DNA of 59,204 nt from an uncultured Gammaproteobacteria bacterium (GTDB taxonomy: Bacteria; Pseudomonadota; Gammaproteobacteria; JABCZS01), in NCBI GenBank assembly GCA_964389615.1, contig CAYMDW010000003.1:23294-82497 (forward strand), read 5' to 3'. Under the pieces are notes generated by a model. That model was not told the origin of the DNA, searched no databases, and saw nothing but the letters and a program-made list of their open reading frames with translations. This document shows positions 18,852 through 31,045 of the stretch, piece after piece (position 1 is the stretch's first letter; each line of letters starts with the position of its first letter). The translations under genes were made by a program, and so were the position numbers.

Positions 18852-18855
18852 CACC

Positions 18856-20061
18856 TTAAAACGAATAAGCGATCAACCCATCCGCTAATTTCGGCTCAAA
18901 CCAGGTCGATTTGGGCGGCATCAGCAAATTCGCATCCGCCACGGCAAATAACTGTTCGGTTTGCGTCGGATACATCAAAAAGCCTACAGCGGCTTCTCCA
19001 CTTTCCACGGCTTGCTTGACCTCAGCAACAGCATTCAAACCTCCCACAAAACCAATCCGTGGATCCGTGCGAATGTCAGCGATCCCCAGAATCGGCTCAA
19101 GAACAAAACGTGAGAGCGCAGAAACATCGAGCGATAAAATAGGATCTGTTTCATGAGTGTCTTTACGTTTCAAGGAAAATGCCTGAGAACCCAGCATCAT
19201 ATGACAAATTCCCGGCGTGACAGGCAAACTCAAATCAGCGATGAGCTGAATCTCGTAATGCGTTTTGAGAGCATCGATGAAAGACTCGGGGCTATGGCCA
19301 TGCAAATCTTGAACGGTGCGATGGTATCCCATGATTTTCATGTCTTGTCCCGGAAAGACCACCGCAAAACAATAAGGGGGAGCCGTCTCGGGAGATGCTT
19401 CGTAGGCACGCAAGGCAGCAGCACTGCGATGATGTCCGTCGGCGACATAGAGCAGGGGCTGAGCAGCAAAGAGTGATTTAATGGAGGTTTCATTTTCAGG
19501 CGCAGTCACTGCCCAGAGCTCGTGTTGCACTCCATTTAAATGGGCGGATAATAAAGGTTCACCCGCAGCACAATTTTTTAATAAGGTGGCAATCTCCCCC
19601 TTGTCTCTTACGGCCAATAAGACGGGACTGAGTTGCCCTTTGACTGCTTGAATATGCCGAACACGATCATTTTCTTTATCAGGACGCGTGAGCTCGTGTT
19701 TGCGGATCAAACCATTTTTATAATCGAGCACCGATATCAGGCCCACCAATCCATATTGCTTGCGTTCGCCATCCTCCATGGCATAGATATAATAGCGCGG
19801 AGCGGTGTCTGATTGAAACACACCTTCTTTGAGTAGACGCTGCCACTGCTCATGGGCTGCCAAATAAACCGATTCGTCATTGAATGCGATCCTGTCCTCG
19901 AGCAAGGCTTCCGGGCGCGTCACATTCAAAAAGTTTTTTGGATTCTTTTCAGTCGCCTGTTTGACCTGTGCTCGCGAGACCACGTCGTAAGGGGGTGCGA
20001 TAACCTCATTAATCCAATTTTTGTCTGAAAATACCGCCTGGAGTCTGTGAATTTCGGTCAT
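18856..20061 (-). CDS. DUF1015 family protein
   Basis: APPYDVV, IRKHELTR, ADGHHRSAAA, MPPKSTWFEPKLADGL. Confidence 0.88.
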   Translation of the reverse strand: MTEIHRLQAVFSDKNWINEVIAPPYDVVSRAQVKQATEKNPKNFLNVTRPEALLEDRIAFNDESVYLAAHEQWQRLLKEGVFQSDTAPRYYIYAMEDGERKQYGLVGLISVLDYKNGLIRKHELTRPDKENDRVRHIQAVKGQLSPVLLAVRDKGEIATLLKNCAAGEPLLSAHLNGVQHELWAVTAPENETSIKSLFAAQPLLYVADGHHRSAAALRAYEASPETAPPYCFAVVFPGQDMKIMGYHRTVQDLHGHSPESFIDALKTHYEIQLIADLSLPVTPGICHMMLGSQAFSLKRKDTHETDPILSLDVSALSRFVLEPILGIADIRTDPRIGFVGGLNAVAEVKQAVESGEAAVGFLMYPTQTEQLFAVADANLLMPPKSTWFEPKLADGLIAYSF

Positions 20062-23000
20062 GAGTCTTCCCTTGAATGATTAGGTTGAGCTGAGAGGAGG
20101 AGAGGTCATCATCTTTTGATAGTGACAGTCTATTCTGGGTCGCCGCACTCTGGGTTGGCCGCACACCCTCGAATATAAACTTCAAACAATTATCGAGCAC
20201 CGAGCCGACAGGCTTCGGTTGAACACGCGCAGCATTGTAACTGATAACAAACTGAGACATGAATGCAGGGAGCGAAATGAAGTCAACGCAATTGTCATAT
20301 TTTGTAAAAAATTCATTAATACTGAGCTGACAAGCGAGCAACTTGAGTTGTTGGTCTTTTCTAGCAAGACTTTCATAATAGGTTGAGCAAGATTCAGCGA
20401 ACACCTTCATCCCCATCCATAATAGTAACTCAGGATCGGTGACGCTATGAAAATGATGTTTCATCTGAGCCACGGAAAAGATCGATGCGGAACCTGCAGC
20501 CTTGTGATAAACCTCAAGCTCTCTCTCTTGAGCTGCAATTTTATTCTCAAGCGCCTTTCTGGCAGACGACTTGATCGGATTGTATGCGTAATATCGAGCA
20601 AGTTCTTTTCTGTCAGCAGCCAGTTGGTCTTTCAATTGCTGATAGTCGAACTCACAGCTGTATATTGCAGGAGGATTCGATTGAAGGCGCATGAGACTGT
20701 AACGTAAACGAACCGTCGCACGGAGTAATTCGGCCAAAGCTTTTTCTGAATCAGACAATTGCCGGCCGGTATGCAAGTTACCAGTGTGATTCACATGTTG
20801 TGCATAAAAATGGAGAACACCCGTTTTCAGGGTACCGAAGTGGATTTTTGAATAATTTTGAAGATGGTATTCAAAATGGAGCAATCCGGGGATCAGTTGG
20901 GTGGACTGCTGCGTAATGATTTGGTTTCCTGCGGCATTAACAGCTAAAGCAGCCGTTGCATTTTGGCTGCGTTCCTCGTTTAATTCATCCTGAAGTTTTT
21001 TTAACCTTTCTGTGATTTGTCGAGCCTTTTCCTGCAACCCTGCAATTGCTTTTTCAAAAGGTCCGAATCTCACGCCACGAATTTGGTCTCCGAGTTCCGT
21101 GATGTCGATAAGTTTTTCATGCTCAGATTGTACTGCTTCTTCAAATCGCTCATCTACTAGACTAAAGTGCCCAGCCAAGGCGCGACGGATCTCATCTTTC
21201 TGATGAGTGAGCGCCATCGTATTAGTCTCATGAAATTTTTTATAATTATCCCACTGCTGTTGATTAGACTCCATGAGATACTGGTTGGTAAGCCATGTTT
21301 CTACCTCTTTCACGGCCTGTTTGTAACTTTGGATCGCAGCCTGTGCTTGCGCATAATGTGCTGGTTTGCGGAATTGCTCCAGTGCCTCAACAGCCGCTGA
21401 ATTTTCTTTTTCATAGGTGATTTTTTTGGGCACTTCAATGATCTCCTCGACAGTGATATCGGGGCCCCCTACAGGAGATTCTTTCACCTCCGAAATATCA
21501 TCCGGATCGTAACTCAGGGGAACCATTTCATTTTTATAGGAATCTGATCTAGGGGAGCGACTAGAAATGGAATGAACGTTTGAGCTTGAGCTTGAGCTCG
21601 AACTTGAGCTCGAATTTGAGTTGAACCCACCGACCATAAGCGAAGCAGACCCATTCGATTGCAGATGAATTTCTCTCTTCTTTTTATTCTTATGTTTATC
21701 TTTATGTTTGATATCCACAGAGGTGTTAGACAGGGTGGAGTTCGCATGGGAACCGGGGGGGCTGTGATGATGGTGAGCGTCCAAGATTTGAATCTGTCGA
21801 GCTTGCTGCACAGCGCGATACTGAGGAATAATGTCTTTTGTTAAGATGGCGAGCTCGGTTTCATCCAAAAGCTCTTTCATCCTCTTTTGTTCTTGAGTGA
21901 AAGTCACGCTGCCGAGTCCATACGCTCCGGCGTAGCCAGTATTGAAGACGCTATTCGTCACTTTCTCAATTTCATTCAGTAAAGATGCCGACTGGAGCAG
22001 CAGAGCATATCGCTGATGGTCATTTCCACCCACGAGATAGACCCTAGCCTGGGCTAAGGCTTGGAAAATCAATCCTTCGAGAACGATTTTCGGATAAATT
22101 TTCCCACCATTGCGCATGAGTTTGTATGCAATGCCTTCAAGGAAGAATGCCATAGGTTCCGTTTCAAGCAGGGCCTCATAAAAACACAGAGAAATCTTGA
22201 GTCGTATATCATCCTGCTGAAGGTGATAACGCTCGCCGAGTGCGGAGGGAAAGTTGGTTTGCACGAGTTTCACCTTCGGCCGCAACATCAGGCTTCGAGC
22301 CTTGTCCTCTGGCCCTGTATTCGAGCTCAATTGTTTATCCGTCAGACTCCCTGTGCACATTTGATCATTAAAGCTCTCTTGGTTTAAAAACCAAAGGGGG
22401 TCAAGTTCGAGGACCGCAAGTCTTCTGAGTTCAAGAATCAGCTCTGCCTTTCTTTCAATCCGCACGAGCTCCGCCATGCCCGTGGTTCTATAGTGAGTGA
22501 TCTTGTTGAGCAAATCACTGCCTGTAATAAAATAGGTGTTTTCATCTTGGCCAGTGATTGTTTTTAGTAATGTGCCAATGTATGTCATCAGGCTCGGATT
22601 AGCTAATGCCTGTCCGATAAGCAAAGAAACAACAAGACTTCTTTTTTCAGTCACATTGAGCGGGGAGTCATTGGCTCGAACGATCGTTTTCAAACGATCT
22701 CCGAGTAATTTCAAATCATCATGAGCAGCCCAAAGCTTAGCAGATCCCTCAGCGAAAAGCGCTGGGAGGCCTGCTTGGAGAGGTCGAGATGTTTTGACAA
22801 TTCGTTCTTCCTTGATTTTTTCGTATTCTTGATCGGTCAGTCCTTTCAAAAAGCTTCCCAGCTCTTTCGTATTTTTAATTTTAAAGGAAGCTGCGTTTCC
22901 CATGGGAGAGAGATAGCCAACCACGTATTCGTTGGTTCCATTCATGAACACTTCCGTGACAGTGAAGCCCTTTTGCAGTTGAACTGGATACCCATTGATC

Positions 23001-24352
23001 GCATGCTGCAAGGCCAATTCAATTTTCATGGAATTAAATAACGCTTCCCATGCCTGGGGCGAATATTTCAAAAGTGCCAGACTCTTATCTGCCTGCGGGT
23101 CGATAATGCAATCCTGGGTAGAATGAGTCGATTCTTTTCCTGTTCGATAAGCTTCTTCAATTCGGTGTTCGAAGTTGTACAAGACCATTTCACATTTTTC
23201 CAAGTACCCATCAAGGTACTTCTTCTCAAAGGAATGTGAGACCGCAGTTGCCTTGATCACCCGCGCGACAGACTCCACTAAAAGATAAATAAGGTAAGCG
23301 TTAGTTTCTTTTTTGATCAACTCGTCATAAATCGATACCAGATAGTCTGCAGAAATCAAACGCGATTCGAGCAAAAATTTAAAAGTACAGATCGCAGACA
23401 CGGCCTCGGGTGAATAGGGCGGAAGGATGGAGTCAAATTTCAGTTGAGCCTCAAGGCTGCTGTCTTCGGGCGACAGTTTTACCGCGGAATTAAATACGCT
23501 GGCCAGGACATTTCGAACATTTTTCTGAGTAAATATCCCTTCAATCGTAGTTTGCTGAAGATAGGTTGTATGTTTCTTCAAGATCTGATCATAGAAACCG
23601 ACCAGAATTTTAGCACGCAGCAATCCTGCGACATCCGTTTGATTCGAAATCGTTTTCCAAAGCATTGCAAAAAAAGGAGGAACAATTTCTTCGAGCTTGA
23701 CCTCATTTAAATCAACCTGATCCAGTGGCGAGTCCAGTCCCTCTTTGAAATATTTTTTTTCTTTTTGGAAAGTCAAATAGAGTGCTTTTGTTCTGAGTTC
23801 ATACAGGAGCTCTAGATTTTCTAAGACCTGGCACTGACTGTTGATGAAACTTTGTTGAAGTTCTGCAATAGAATAAGTGAGAGGGAAATTTGAATAGACC
23901 TTTTGAGATTCAGACTGATCCTCAATTTTAGATTTGGATGATTTTTGATCAGAATAAAGACCCACACTGAACGTAAGTCTATCGTTCACTAGTTTCGGAC
24001 TGAAAAGCTTGAGAGGGAGCGGGTTTCTGACCTCATTCGATTGCTCATCGCGATAAGGCGTTGTGTTGTCTAAAAAAGCGGCCAGGCAATGAAGTTTGGG
24101 ACTGTTCAAATCTTGAATATGAAAAATTTCAGCCAATTGGCTTTTAATAAAATCCCAGTGAGTGTAGAAGACTGAGAGAATCGCCAGAGGGTCCAGGTAT
24201 CGGGATTTTGTTATCTCATTCCAAGAAGCGGCGTTAGCAACATCCGCAAAAACAATCCCTGTGTTCTCTAGGTTTCGATGTTTGACTATAAATGGTTGAT
24301 TAGCAGTAACCTCGAATTTCATAGCCATACACCCCACAATTACTACAGACAA
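20009..24352 (-). CDS. Giant orphan protein (~1440 aa) with poly-Ser, His and Lys-rich segment and coiled coil, candidate effector
   Basis: Uninterrupted 4.3-kb ORF; true start may be ATG 24328 or 24322; 3' end overlaps DUF1015 start by 53 nt. Confidence 0.85.
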   Translation of the reverse strand: MSVVIVGCMAMKFEVTANQPFIVKHRNLENTGIVFADVANAASWNEITKSRYLDPLAILSVFYTHWDFIKSQLAEIFHIQDLNSPKLHCLAAFLDNTTPYRDEQSNEVRNPLPLKLFSPKLVNDRLTFSVGLYSDQKSSKSKIEDQSESQKVYSNFPLTYSIAELQQSFINSQCQVLENLELLYELRTKALYLTFQKEKKYFKEGLDSPLDQVDLNEVKLEEIVPPFFAMLWKTISNQTDVAGLLRAKILVGFYDQILKKHTTYLQQTTIEGIFTQKNVRNVLASVFNSAVKLSPEDSSLEAQLKFDSILPPYSPEAVSAICTFKFLLESRLISADYLVSIYDELIKKETNAYLIYLLVESVARVIKATAVSHSFEKKYLDGYLEKCEMVLYNFEHRIEEAYRTGKESTHSTQDCIIDPQADKSLALLKYSPQAWEALFNSMKIELALQHAINGYPVQLQKGFTVTEVFMNGTNEYVVGYLSPMGNAASFKIKNTKELGSFLKGLTDQEYEKIKEERIVKTSRPLQAGLPALFAEGSAKLWAAHDDLKLLGDRLKTIVRANDSPLNVTEKRSLVVSLLIGQALANPSLMTYIGTLLKTITGQDENTYFITGSDLLNKITHYRTTGMAELVRIERKAELILELRRLAVLELDPLWFLNQESFNDQMCTGSLTDKQLSSNTGPEDKARSLMLRPKVKLVQTNFPSALGERYHLQQDDIRLKISLCFYEALLETEPMAFFLEGIAYKLMRNGGKIYPKIVLEGLIFQALAQARVYLVGGNDHQRYALLLQSASLLNEIEKVTNSVFNTGYAGAYGLGSVTFTQEQKRMKELLDETELAILTKDIIPQYRAVQQARQIQILDAHHHHSPPGSHANSTLSNTSVDIKHKDKHKNKKKREIHLQSNGSASLMVGGFNSNSSSSSSSSSSSNVHSISSRSPRSDSYKNEMVPLSYDPDDISEVKESPVGGPDITVEEIIEVPKKITYEKENSAAVEALEQFRKPAHYAQAQAAIQSYKQAVKEVETWLTNQYLMESNQQQWDNYKKFHETNTMALTHQKDEIRRALAGHFSLVDERFEEAVQSEHEKLIDITELGDQIRGVRFGPFEKAIAGLQEKARQITERLKKLQDELNEERSQNATAALAVNAAGNQIITQQSTQLIPGLLHFEYHLQNYSKIHFGTLKTGVLHFYAQHVNHTGNLHTGRQLSDSEKALAELLRATVRLRYSLMRLQSNPPAIYSCEFDYQQLKDQLAADRKELARYYAYNPIKSSARKALENKIAAQERELEVYHKAAGSASIFSVAQMKHHFHSVTDPELLLWMGMKVFAESCSTYYESLARKDQQLKLLACQLSINEFFTKYDNCVDFISLPAFMSQFVISYNAARVQPKPVGSVLDNCLKFIFEGVRPTQSAATQNRLSLSKDDDLSSSQLNLIIQGKTHDRNSQTPGGIFRQKLD

Positions 24353-24398
24353 TAATTAAGGAAGTAGTATGGCATAATCGAGGTCTCAAATCTATAGC

Positions 24399-26633
24399 CT
24401 ATGACTTTTTGTCAACCGTCACCTGGGTGGGCTGCTGAAAACCTCGAGGGAGTAATTTACCTCGGTGTCCCCTCGCCCCTTCGTAATACTCTAAGTCTTT
24501 GGAAGTAAGGGTTTTTTTCCGATTTCCGGCGCTGATGGTGATCCCTTCTTTTGTTTCTAAAACGAGCATCGTCAGTACGCCATCCTTCCCTGATTCGAGC
24601 TCGGTTTTATCAATTTGTATCATCTTATTTCCCTTGCCCTTGGTCATTTCAGGCAGGTCTTTGAGAGGGAATAAAAGGGCCCGTCCCTGCTCTGTCACTA
24701 TCAAGACCTGTTGTTTGGCAACCTGGTCAATAATGACGGGTTGAGTCATGCCGCCCTCGGATCGAATGATTTGCTTCCCTGTTTTGTTTTTAGAAAACAG
24801 ATCGGCTGTTGGAGCAATAAACCCATAACCTGCCTTGGACTGGAGGACCACTTTTTGCCCTTCGGTGGGCATGATGACCGAGACAAAGGTCGCTCCGCTG
24901 GGGGGCGTGAGCTGGCTCGTCACCGGTTCGCCCAAACTTCGAGCCGAAGGCAGAGTATGGGGCATGACTCCGTACATCCTTCCTGTCGAGTCAACGAACA
25001 AGGCCATCTGATTTGATTTTCCTTGGGCTTGAGACAAGAAATTATCACCGGATTTGTAGTTCAGATCCGCTCCAATTACATCATGACCCTTGGCAGAACG
25101 AACCCAACCTTTTGCAGATAAAACCACCGTGACTGGTTCACTTGGAATGGTTTCTTCGACGGTCAGGGCCTGAGCAGATTCTCGCTTCACAATCGGAGAA
25201 CGGCGTTCATCGCCGAATTTTTCACGCAAGGCCTCGAGTTCTTTACGAATTAAGGTGGTCATCCGTGCGGCAGACCCTAAGGTTTCTTCGAGGGATTTAC
25301 GTTCTTCAGCCAGATTTTTTTGCTCGGTTTTGATTTGAATTTCTTCGAGCTTGGCCAATTGACGTAATTTTAAATCTAAAATGGCTTCGGCTTGCCGATC
25401 AGTAATTTTAAAGCGTTTGATCAGTGCGGGCTTAGGCTTGTCTTCGGTGCGAACGATTTTGATCACTTCGTCGATATTGAGGAAAGCAATCATGAGGCCA
25501 TCGAGGACTTCCAGGCGATCAATCACTTTTTCAAGACGGTGTTCAAGACGACGTTTTACCGTGATGCGACGATAGTCGAGCCACTCACGTAAGACCATTT
25601 CAAGATTTTTCACCTGAGGACGACCGTCCAGACCAATCATGTTCATGTTAACACGGTAATTATTTTCAAGATTAGTGGTGGCAAACAAATGCATCATGAG
25701 TTGCTGAGCGTCGATACGGGGCGATTTAGGAACGATCACGATTCGAATGGGATTTTCTTGATCCGATTCATCACGCAAATCCACCACCATGGGCAATTTT
25801 TTAGCCTGCATTTGCTCAGCGATTTGCTCCAAAATTTTGGTGGGTGAGACTTGGTAAGGCAAGGCCGTGATCACAATATTGCCTGTCTTTTTGTCTTGCT
25901 TATAAACAGCCCGACTTCTGATACTGCCATTTCCCGTGCGATACATTTCGAGAATGTCGCGGGCAGGAGTAATGATTTCAGCTCCTGTGGGATAATCAGG
26001 ACCCTTCACGATTTTGCATAGTTCCGCCAATGTCGACTTGGGTTCTTTGAGCAATAAAATACAAGCATCCGTGATTTCAGTTAAATTATGCGGAGGAATA
26101 TCCGTTGCCATTCCCACGGCAATCCCTTGACCGCCGTTCAACAAAACATTGGGCAATTGTGCGGGCAGGGTTTTAGGTTCTTCTAAAGTGGCATCGAAAT
26201 TAGGCTGCCAATCGACGGTCCCCTGCCCTAATTCTGCGAGCATGATTTCCGCATACGCCGCCAAACGTGATTCCGTGTATCGCATGGCCGCGAAGGATTT
26301 CGGATCATCGGGGCTACCCCAGTTACCCTGTCCATCGACTAAAGGATAACGATAAGAAAAATCTTGGGCCATCAAGACCATGGCTTCGTAGCACGCGGTG
26401 TCGCCGTGAGGATGAAATTTACCGAGCACGTCACCGACGGTGCGAGCCGATTTTTTGTATTTGGCTGAGGCTTTCAGGCCCAATTCCGACATGGCATAAA
26501 TAATACGGCGCTGCACCGGCTTGAGCCCATCCGCCAAACTGGGCAAGGCTCGATCGAGAATCACGTACATCGAATAATCTAAATACGCTTTTTCAACGAA
26601 GGTTTGCAAAGGTTGTTTTTCAGTATTATACAT
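24399..26633 (-). CDS. parC: Topoisomerase IV subunit A
   Basis: [35 protein letters not shown]; follows parE. Confidence 0.97.
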   Translation of the reverse strand: MYNTEKQPLQTFVEKAYLDYSMYVILDRALPSLADGLKPVQRRIIYAMSELGLKASAKYKKSARTVGDVLGKFHPHGDTACYEAMVLMAQDFSYRYPLVDGQGNWGSPDDPKSFAAMRYTESRLAAYAEIMLAELGQGTVDWQPNFDATLEEPKTLPAQLPNVLLNGGQGIAVGMATDIPPHNLTEITDACILLLKEPKSTLAELCKIVKGPDYPTGAEIITPARDILEMYRTGNGSIRSRAVYKQDKKTGNIVITALPYQVSPTKILEQIAEQMQAKKLPMVVDLRDESDQENPIRIVIVPKSPRIDAQQLMMHLFATTNLENNYRVNMNMIGLDGRPQVKNLEMVLREWLDYRRITVKRRLEHRLEKVIDRLEVLDGLMIAFLNIDEVIKIVRTEDKPKPALIKRFKITDRQAEAILDLKLRQLAKLEEIQIKTEQKNLAEERKSLEETLGSAARMTTLIRKELEALREKFGDERRSPIVKRESAQALTVEETIPSEPVTVVLSAKGWVRSAKGHDVIGADLNYKSGDNFLSQAQGKSNQMALFVDSTGRMYGVMPHTLPSARSLGEPVTSQLTPPSGATFVSVIMPTEGQKVVLQSKAGYGFIAPTADLFSKNKTGKQIIRSEGGMTQPVIIDQVAKQQVLIVTEQGRALLFPLKDLPEMTKGKGNKMIQIDKTELESGKDGVLTMLVLETKEGITISAGNRKKTLTSKDLEYYEGARGHRGKLLPRGFQQPTQVTVDKKS

Positions 26634-28506
26634 CGGCTAAATCTCCCTTGCTTTCAAGCCAGGATTTACGGTCGCTTGCGCGTTTCTTCGCTAAGAGCAT
26701 GTCCATTAATTCGTCTGTTTCTTTCGGAGAAGGCAGTGTGAGTTGAATCAAGCGACGTGTATCAGGGGCCATGGTAGTTTCGCGCAATTGCGAAGGATTC
26801 ATTTCACCCAAGCCTTTGAAGCGTTGGACACTGACCTTTCCTGATTTTTTCTCGGCCTCCAGCCCGTCTAAGATCCCCTGTTTTTCGGATTCGTCGAGGG
26901 CATAATAGACTTCTTTGCCCAAATCGATCCGATACAAGGGAGGCATGGCCACAAAGACATGACCGGCTTTAACGAGGGCAGGGAAATGTTTTAAGAACAA
27001 GGCACACAAGAGTGTGGCAATGTGAGCCCCATCCGAGTCCGCATCGGCCAAAATACAGATTTTGCCATAACGCAGGTTTGTCAAGCTGTCGTGCCCGGGG
27101 TCAACCCCCAAGGCCACTGCAATGTCGTGCACTTCTTGTGAAGCGAGCACCTGTTGAGATTCGACCTCCCAGGTATTTAGGATTTTTCCGCGCAGAGGCA
27201 TGATGGCTTGAAACTCACGGTTACGCGCTTGTTTGGCAGAGCCACCGGCAGAATCCCCTTCGACTAAAAATAATTCCGTTTGACGCATGTCGTCTGACAT
27301 GCAGTCTGCCAGTTTTCCTGGGAGCGCAGGACCGCTGGTGATTTTTTTACGCGCAACGACCTTGCCCTTGCGCAAACGTGATTGGGCCGACTCAATGATA
27401 AAGGCTGCAATTTTTTCGCCTTCTAGCACGTGTTGATGCAGCCAATAACTGAAACCGTCTTTCACCACGCTGCCGACAAAGCCCGCGGCCTGACGAGAAC
27501 TCAACCGTTCTTTGGTTTGTGAGGCGAACTGTGGCTCTTCAAGTTTAATCGACAAAACATAGCTGCAATGCAACCAAACGTCTTCTGGCGTGATTTTCAC
27601 CCCGCGAGGCAATAAATTCCGCGACTCGCAAAATTCGCGCATGGCATCGCATAAACCCGTGCGCAAACCGTTGACGTGGGTTCCGCCTTCGAGGGTAGGA
27701 ATCAAGTTGACATAAGATTCGGTGACAAGCTCCGCGTCTTCTGTGTGCCAAACAACGGCCCAGTCCGCAGCCTCGTGTTCGCCTTTGAGGGAGCCCATGA
27801 AAATATCCTGAGGAAGGTAATCCCCTTTGAGGGTGCTTTTCAAATAATCCCGCAGCCCGTCCTCATAGCACCATGCCTCGGTGGTATCAGAAGCTTCATC
27901 GTAAAACTCAACATGAAGGCCCGGGCATAATACCGCTTTGGCACGCAAGACATGTTTGAGTTTAGAAACAGAAAATTTGGGAGAATCAAAGTACTTAGGT
28001 TCGGGCCAGAATCGAATGGCAGTTCCGGTTTCATTTTTCACGGCTTTGCCCGTGGCCTTGAGTTTTTGGGTGACATTGCCCTGGGCCAGGGACATCGAAT
28101 AAATTTTGCCCTCGCGCTTGATTTCAACGTCGAGCTTTTTCGACAAGGCATTGACGACAGAGACCCCAACCCCGTGCAAACCGCCGGAGAATTGGTAATT
28201 CTTGTTGGAAAACTTACCGCCCGCATGCAGACGGGTTAAAATAAGTTCGACGCCTGGCATTTTTTCGGTCGGATGCATATCGACAGGCATGCCTCGGCCA
28301 TTGTCAGCCACCGAGAGGGAGCCGTCTTTATAAAGGGCCACTTCGATACTGGTGGCATGACCCGCCATGGCCTCGTCCACCGAGTTATCGATGACTTCCT
28401 GGGCCAGATGGTTCGGGCGTGTGGTATCCGTGTACATGCCCGGTCGCTTACGGACAGGGTCTAAGCCGGACAGAACTTCTATGGATTCAGCGGTGTATTT
28501 GCTCAT
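26626..28506 (-). CDS. parE: Topoisomerase IV subunit B
   Basis: [49 protein letters not shown]; ~626 aa ParE length. Confidence 0.97.
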   Translation of the reverse strand: MSKYTAESIEVLSGLDPVRKRPGMYTDTTRPNHLAQEVIDNSVDEAMAGHATSIEVALYKDGSLSVADNGRGMPVDMHPTEKMPGVELILTRLHAGGKFSNKNYQFSGGLHGVGVSVVNALSKKLDVEIKREGKIYSMSLAQGNVTQKLKATGKAVKNETGTAIRFWPEPKYFDSPKFSVSKLKHVLRAKAVLCPGLHVEFYDEASDTTEAWCYEDGLRDYLKSTLKGDYLPQDIFMGSLKGEHEAADWAVVWHTEDAELVTESYVNLIPTLEGGTHVNGLRTGLCDAMREFCESRNLLPRGVKITPEDVWLHCSYVLSIKLEEPQFASQTKERLSSRQAAGFVGSVVKDGFSYWLHQHVLEGEKIAAFIIESAQSRLRKGKVVARKKITSGPALPGKLADCMSDDMRQTELFLVEGDSAGGSAKQARNREFQAIMPLRGKILNTWEVESQQVLASQEVHDIAVALGVDPGHDSLTNLRYGKICILADADSDGAHIATLLCALFLKHFPALVKAGHVFVAMPPLYRIDLGKEVYYALDESEKQGILDGLEAEKKSGKVSVQRFKGLGEMNPSQLRETTMAPDTRRLIQLTLPSPKETDELMDMLLAKKRASDRKSWLESKGDLADV

Positions 28507-28573
28507 GATGGCTTCTTTTGTTATGATTTTGACGCTAATATACTAGCGCACCTTATGATAATAGAGAAGAATA

Positions 28574-30661
28574 ATGAATAAGAACAATGAAAATTTACTC
28601 AAAAATCCGATCACCCTCCTCAAAGGGGTGGGTTCAAGCCTGGAAAGCAAACTGGCCAATCTGAATATCCAAAGCATCCAAGACTGTTTATTTCATCTCC
28701 CGACTCGGTATCAAGACCGCACACACCTTTCCCCGATTCGAAGCCTTCAGTCAGGCACCTATGCCGTCATCGAAGCGAATGTCGTGAATGCTCAGGTGAC
28801 CCAAGGCAAACGTCGCACCTTGCGCGTTCAATTGCACGATGGCACTGGGGTCGTGTACTTACGCTATTTTTTCTTCCATCCGAGTTTGCTGCAAAAATTT
28901 ACCCCAGGCACCCGAGTCCGAGTGTTTGGTGAAATTCGAATGTTCAATCACCTGCTCGAAATCGCTCACCCCGAAATCGCCTTCGGGGAGCCAGGCAAGA
29001 TGCCGCCTCTGCACGAAAACCTGACCCCGCTCTACCCCTTAACGGAAGGGCTAACGCAACAAGGCCTGCGCAAGGTGATCAACCAAGCTCTCGAATGGCT
29101 GCAGGAGCAAAGTTTACCCGAGTATTTACCTGAAGATCTTTTAACACAATACGCCTTCCCTCCCTTGATCGAGGCCTTGAATTTTTGTCACAACCCGCCA
29201 CGCGATGCGCAGGTCAATTTATTACTTGCAGGCAAACACCCGGCACAACAACGGTTGATCTTTGAAGAGCTCTGTGCACATCATCTGAGCTTAATAAAAT
29301 TACGCGATCAAGAACAACGGTTTTCGGCCCGTGTCTGTGCTCAAACAAGCCTGGCTGAAAAATTAATCAAGACGCTTCCCTTTGCATTCACCCAAGCACA
29401 ACAACGCGTATTGGAAACGATTCATCATGACATGAATCAAACCCGGCCCATGATGCGATTATTGCAAGGCGATGTCGGCTCTGGCAAAACGATTGTTGCC
29501 GCAACGGCGATGGCCAAGGCCGTTGCCAGCGGTTATCAAGCAGCCCTCATGGCACCCACCGAAATTTTAGCCGAGCAACATTACCATCATTTTAAACACT
29601 GGTTCGACTCCCTAGGGATTTCTGTCGCCTGGCTGAGCGGAAAACTCACCCCCAAAACCAAACGCCTCACACTGGAGTCCATTGCCCAGGGGGAATCACG
29701 GATTATTATCGGAACACACGCGCTGGTTCAAGAAGCGGTGGAGTATCATCAACTTGGTTTTGTCGTGATCGATGAACAACACCGTTTCGGTGTGCATCAG
29801 CGCTTAGCCTTAGCGGAAAAAGGGCTGCAAGGCGATTATCTTCCTCATCAACTGATCATGACAGCCACCCCCATTCCTCGCACCTTGGCTATGACAGCGT
29901 ATGCGGATTTAGATTACTCCGTGATCGACGAACTTCCTCCCGGTCGCACGCCGATCACCACCGTGGCCTTGAGTCAAGATAAACGTCCCGAGGTGATTCA
30001 ACGGATTTACGAGGCCTGTCAACAAGGCAAACAAGTGTATTGGGTCTGCACCCTGATCGAAGATTCAGAGCATTTAAATGCAGAAGCCGCCACACGCATT
30101 TGTGATGAATTACGCGCAGCCATGCCAAATGTCGCTATTGGCCTGGTGCATGGACGACTCAAATCTTCTGAAAAAGAAACCGTCATGCAGGCATTTTCGA
30201 ACAATCAGCTTCAACTCCTGGTTGCAACGACAGTGATTGAAGTGGGCGTCAATGTCCCGAATGCCAGTTTAATGATCATTGAAAATCCTGAACGCTTAGG
30301 CCTCTCACAACTCCATCAATTACGCGGGCGAGTGGGCCGAGGGTCTGAACAATCCCATTGTATTTTGCTTTACCAAAGCCCACTCTCTCACACAGCTCGC
30401 GAGCGGATTCAGATCATGCGAGAAACCACGGATGGCTTTTTAATTGCCGAAAAAGATTTAGAGTTACGGGGCCCAGGAGAATGGCTCGGCACCCGACAAA
30501 CCGGGGCACCGCAATTACGGATTGCGGATATCGTGCGCGACCGAGATTGGCTGCCGGAAATCAAACCCGCCGCTGAAAAAATACGAGCGAACAACCCCGA
30601 TCATGCCCAAGCCATGATCGACCGTTGGTTGGGCAGGAACTTGCAGTATGCAGGAGTGTGA
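28574..30661 (+). CDS. recG: ATP-dependent DNA helicase RecG
   Basis: LLQGDVGSGKT, IDEQHRFGV, MTATPIPRTL, GLSQLHQLRGRVGRG. Confidence 0.98.
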   Translation: MNKNNENLLKNPITLLKGVGSSLESKLANLNIQSIQDCLFHLPTRYQDRTHLSPIRSLQSGTYAVIEANVVNAQVTQGKRRTLRVQLHDGTGVVYLRYFFFHPSLLQKFTPGTRVRVFGEIRMFNHLLEIAHPEIAFGEPGKMPPLHENLTPLYPLTEGLTQQGLRKVINQALEWLQEQSLPEYLPEDLLTQYAFPPLIEALNFCHNPPRDAQVNLLLAGKHPAQQRLIFEELCAHHLSLIKLRDQEQRFSARVCAQTSLAEKLIKTLPFAFTQAQQRVLETIHHDMNQTRPMMRLLQGDVGSGKTIVAATAMAKAVASGYQAALMAPTEILAEQHYHHFKHWFDSLGISVAWLSGKLTPKTKRLTLESIAQGESRIIIGTHALVQEAVEYHQLGFVVIDEQHRFGVHQRLALAEKGLQGDYLPHQLIMTATPIPRTLAMTAYADLDYSVIDELPPGRTPITTVALSQDKRPEVIQRIYEACQQGKQVYWVCTLIEDSEHLNAEAATRICDELRAAMPNVAIGLVHGRLKSSEKETVMQAFSNNQLQLLVATTVIEVGVNVPNASLMIIENPERLGLSQLHQLRGRVGRGSEQSHCILLYQSPLSHTARERIQIMRETTDGFLIAEKDLELRGPGEWLGTRQTGAPQLRIADIVRDRDWLPEIKPAAEKIRANNPDHAQAMIDRWLGRNLQYAGV

Positions 30662-30718
30662 TGATCTTTTCCTTAGCCTACTCAGGTTAAATCAAAATTT
30701 ATCCAATAGAATCAATAA

Positions 30719-31042
30719 ATCAATCAGAATCATGCACTTCCAACTGCGGCACTTGAATTGTTACTCATTATTTTATCGCAAATGGCTAAAGGTAATGCAG
30801 TCACCATTATGCCGGTGCATGCCGAATTAACGACTCAAGAGGCCACTGATTTATTAAACGTCTCCAGACCTTTTTTAATTAAATTACTTGAAGAAAGAAA
30901 AATTCCTTATCGAATGGTTGGAAGCAAAAGACGCATCCTTGCAGAAGATATAATGAAATACAAAAATGATATTGATCAAAAACGCTTGAATATACTTGAT
31001 GAATTAGCCAATGAGGCTCAAAAGAATAATATGGGATATTAA
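30719..31042 (+). pseudogene. 5'-eroded excisionase-like HTH antitoxin of the HTH + PIN module
   Basis: LPTAALELLLIILSQMAKGNAVTIMPVHAELTTQEATDLLNVSRPFL...ELANEAQKNNMGY is typical of this family; in-frame TAA at 30716-30718 and no ATG/RBS before the homologous part. Confidence 0.7.
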
Positions 31043-31045
31043 TGG

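Noticed and set aside
23410..23430. LPPY (LPxY-type WW ligand) in the 1447-aa protein
   Set aside because: Lies in an apparently ordered helical region and is unaccompanied by other motifs.
30648..30830. 60-aa ORF overlapping the recG stop as a real gene
   Set aside because: No RBS or family motif; at best a frameshifted piece of the eroded antitoxin.
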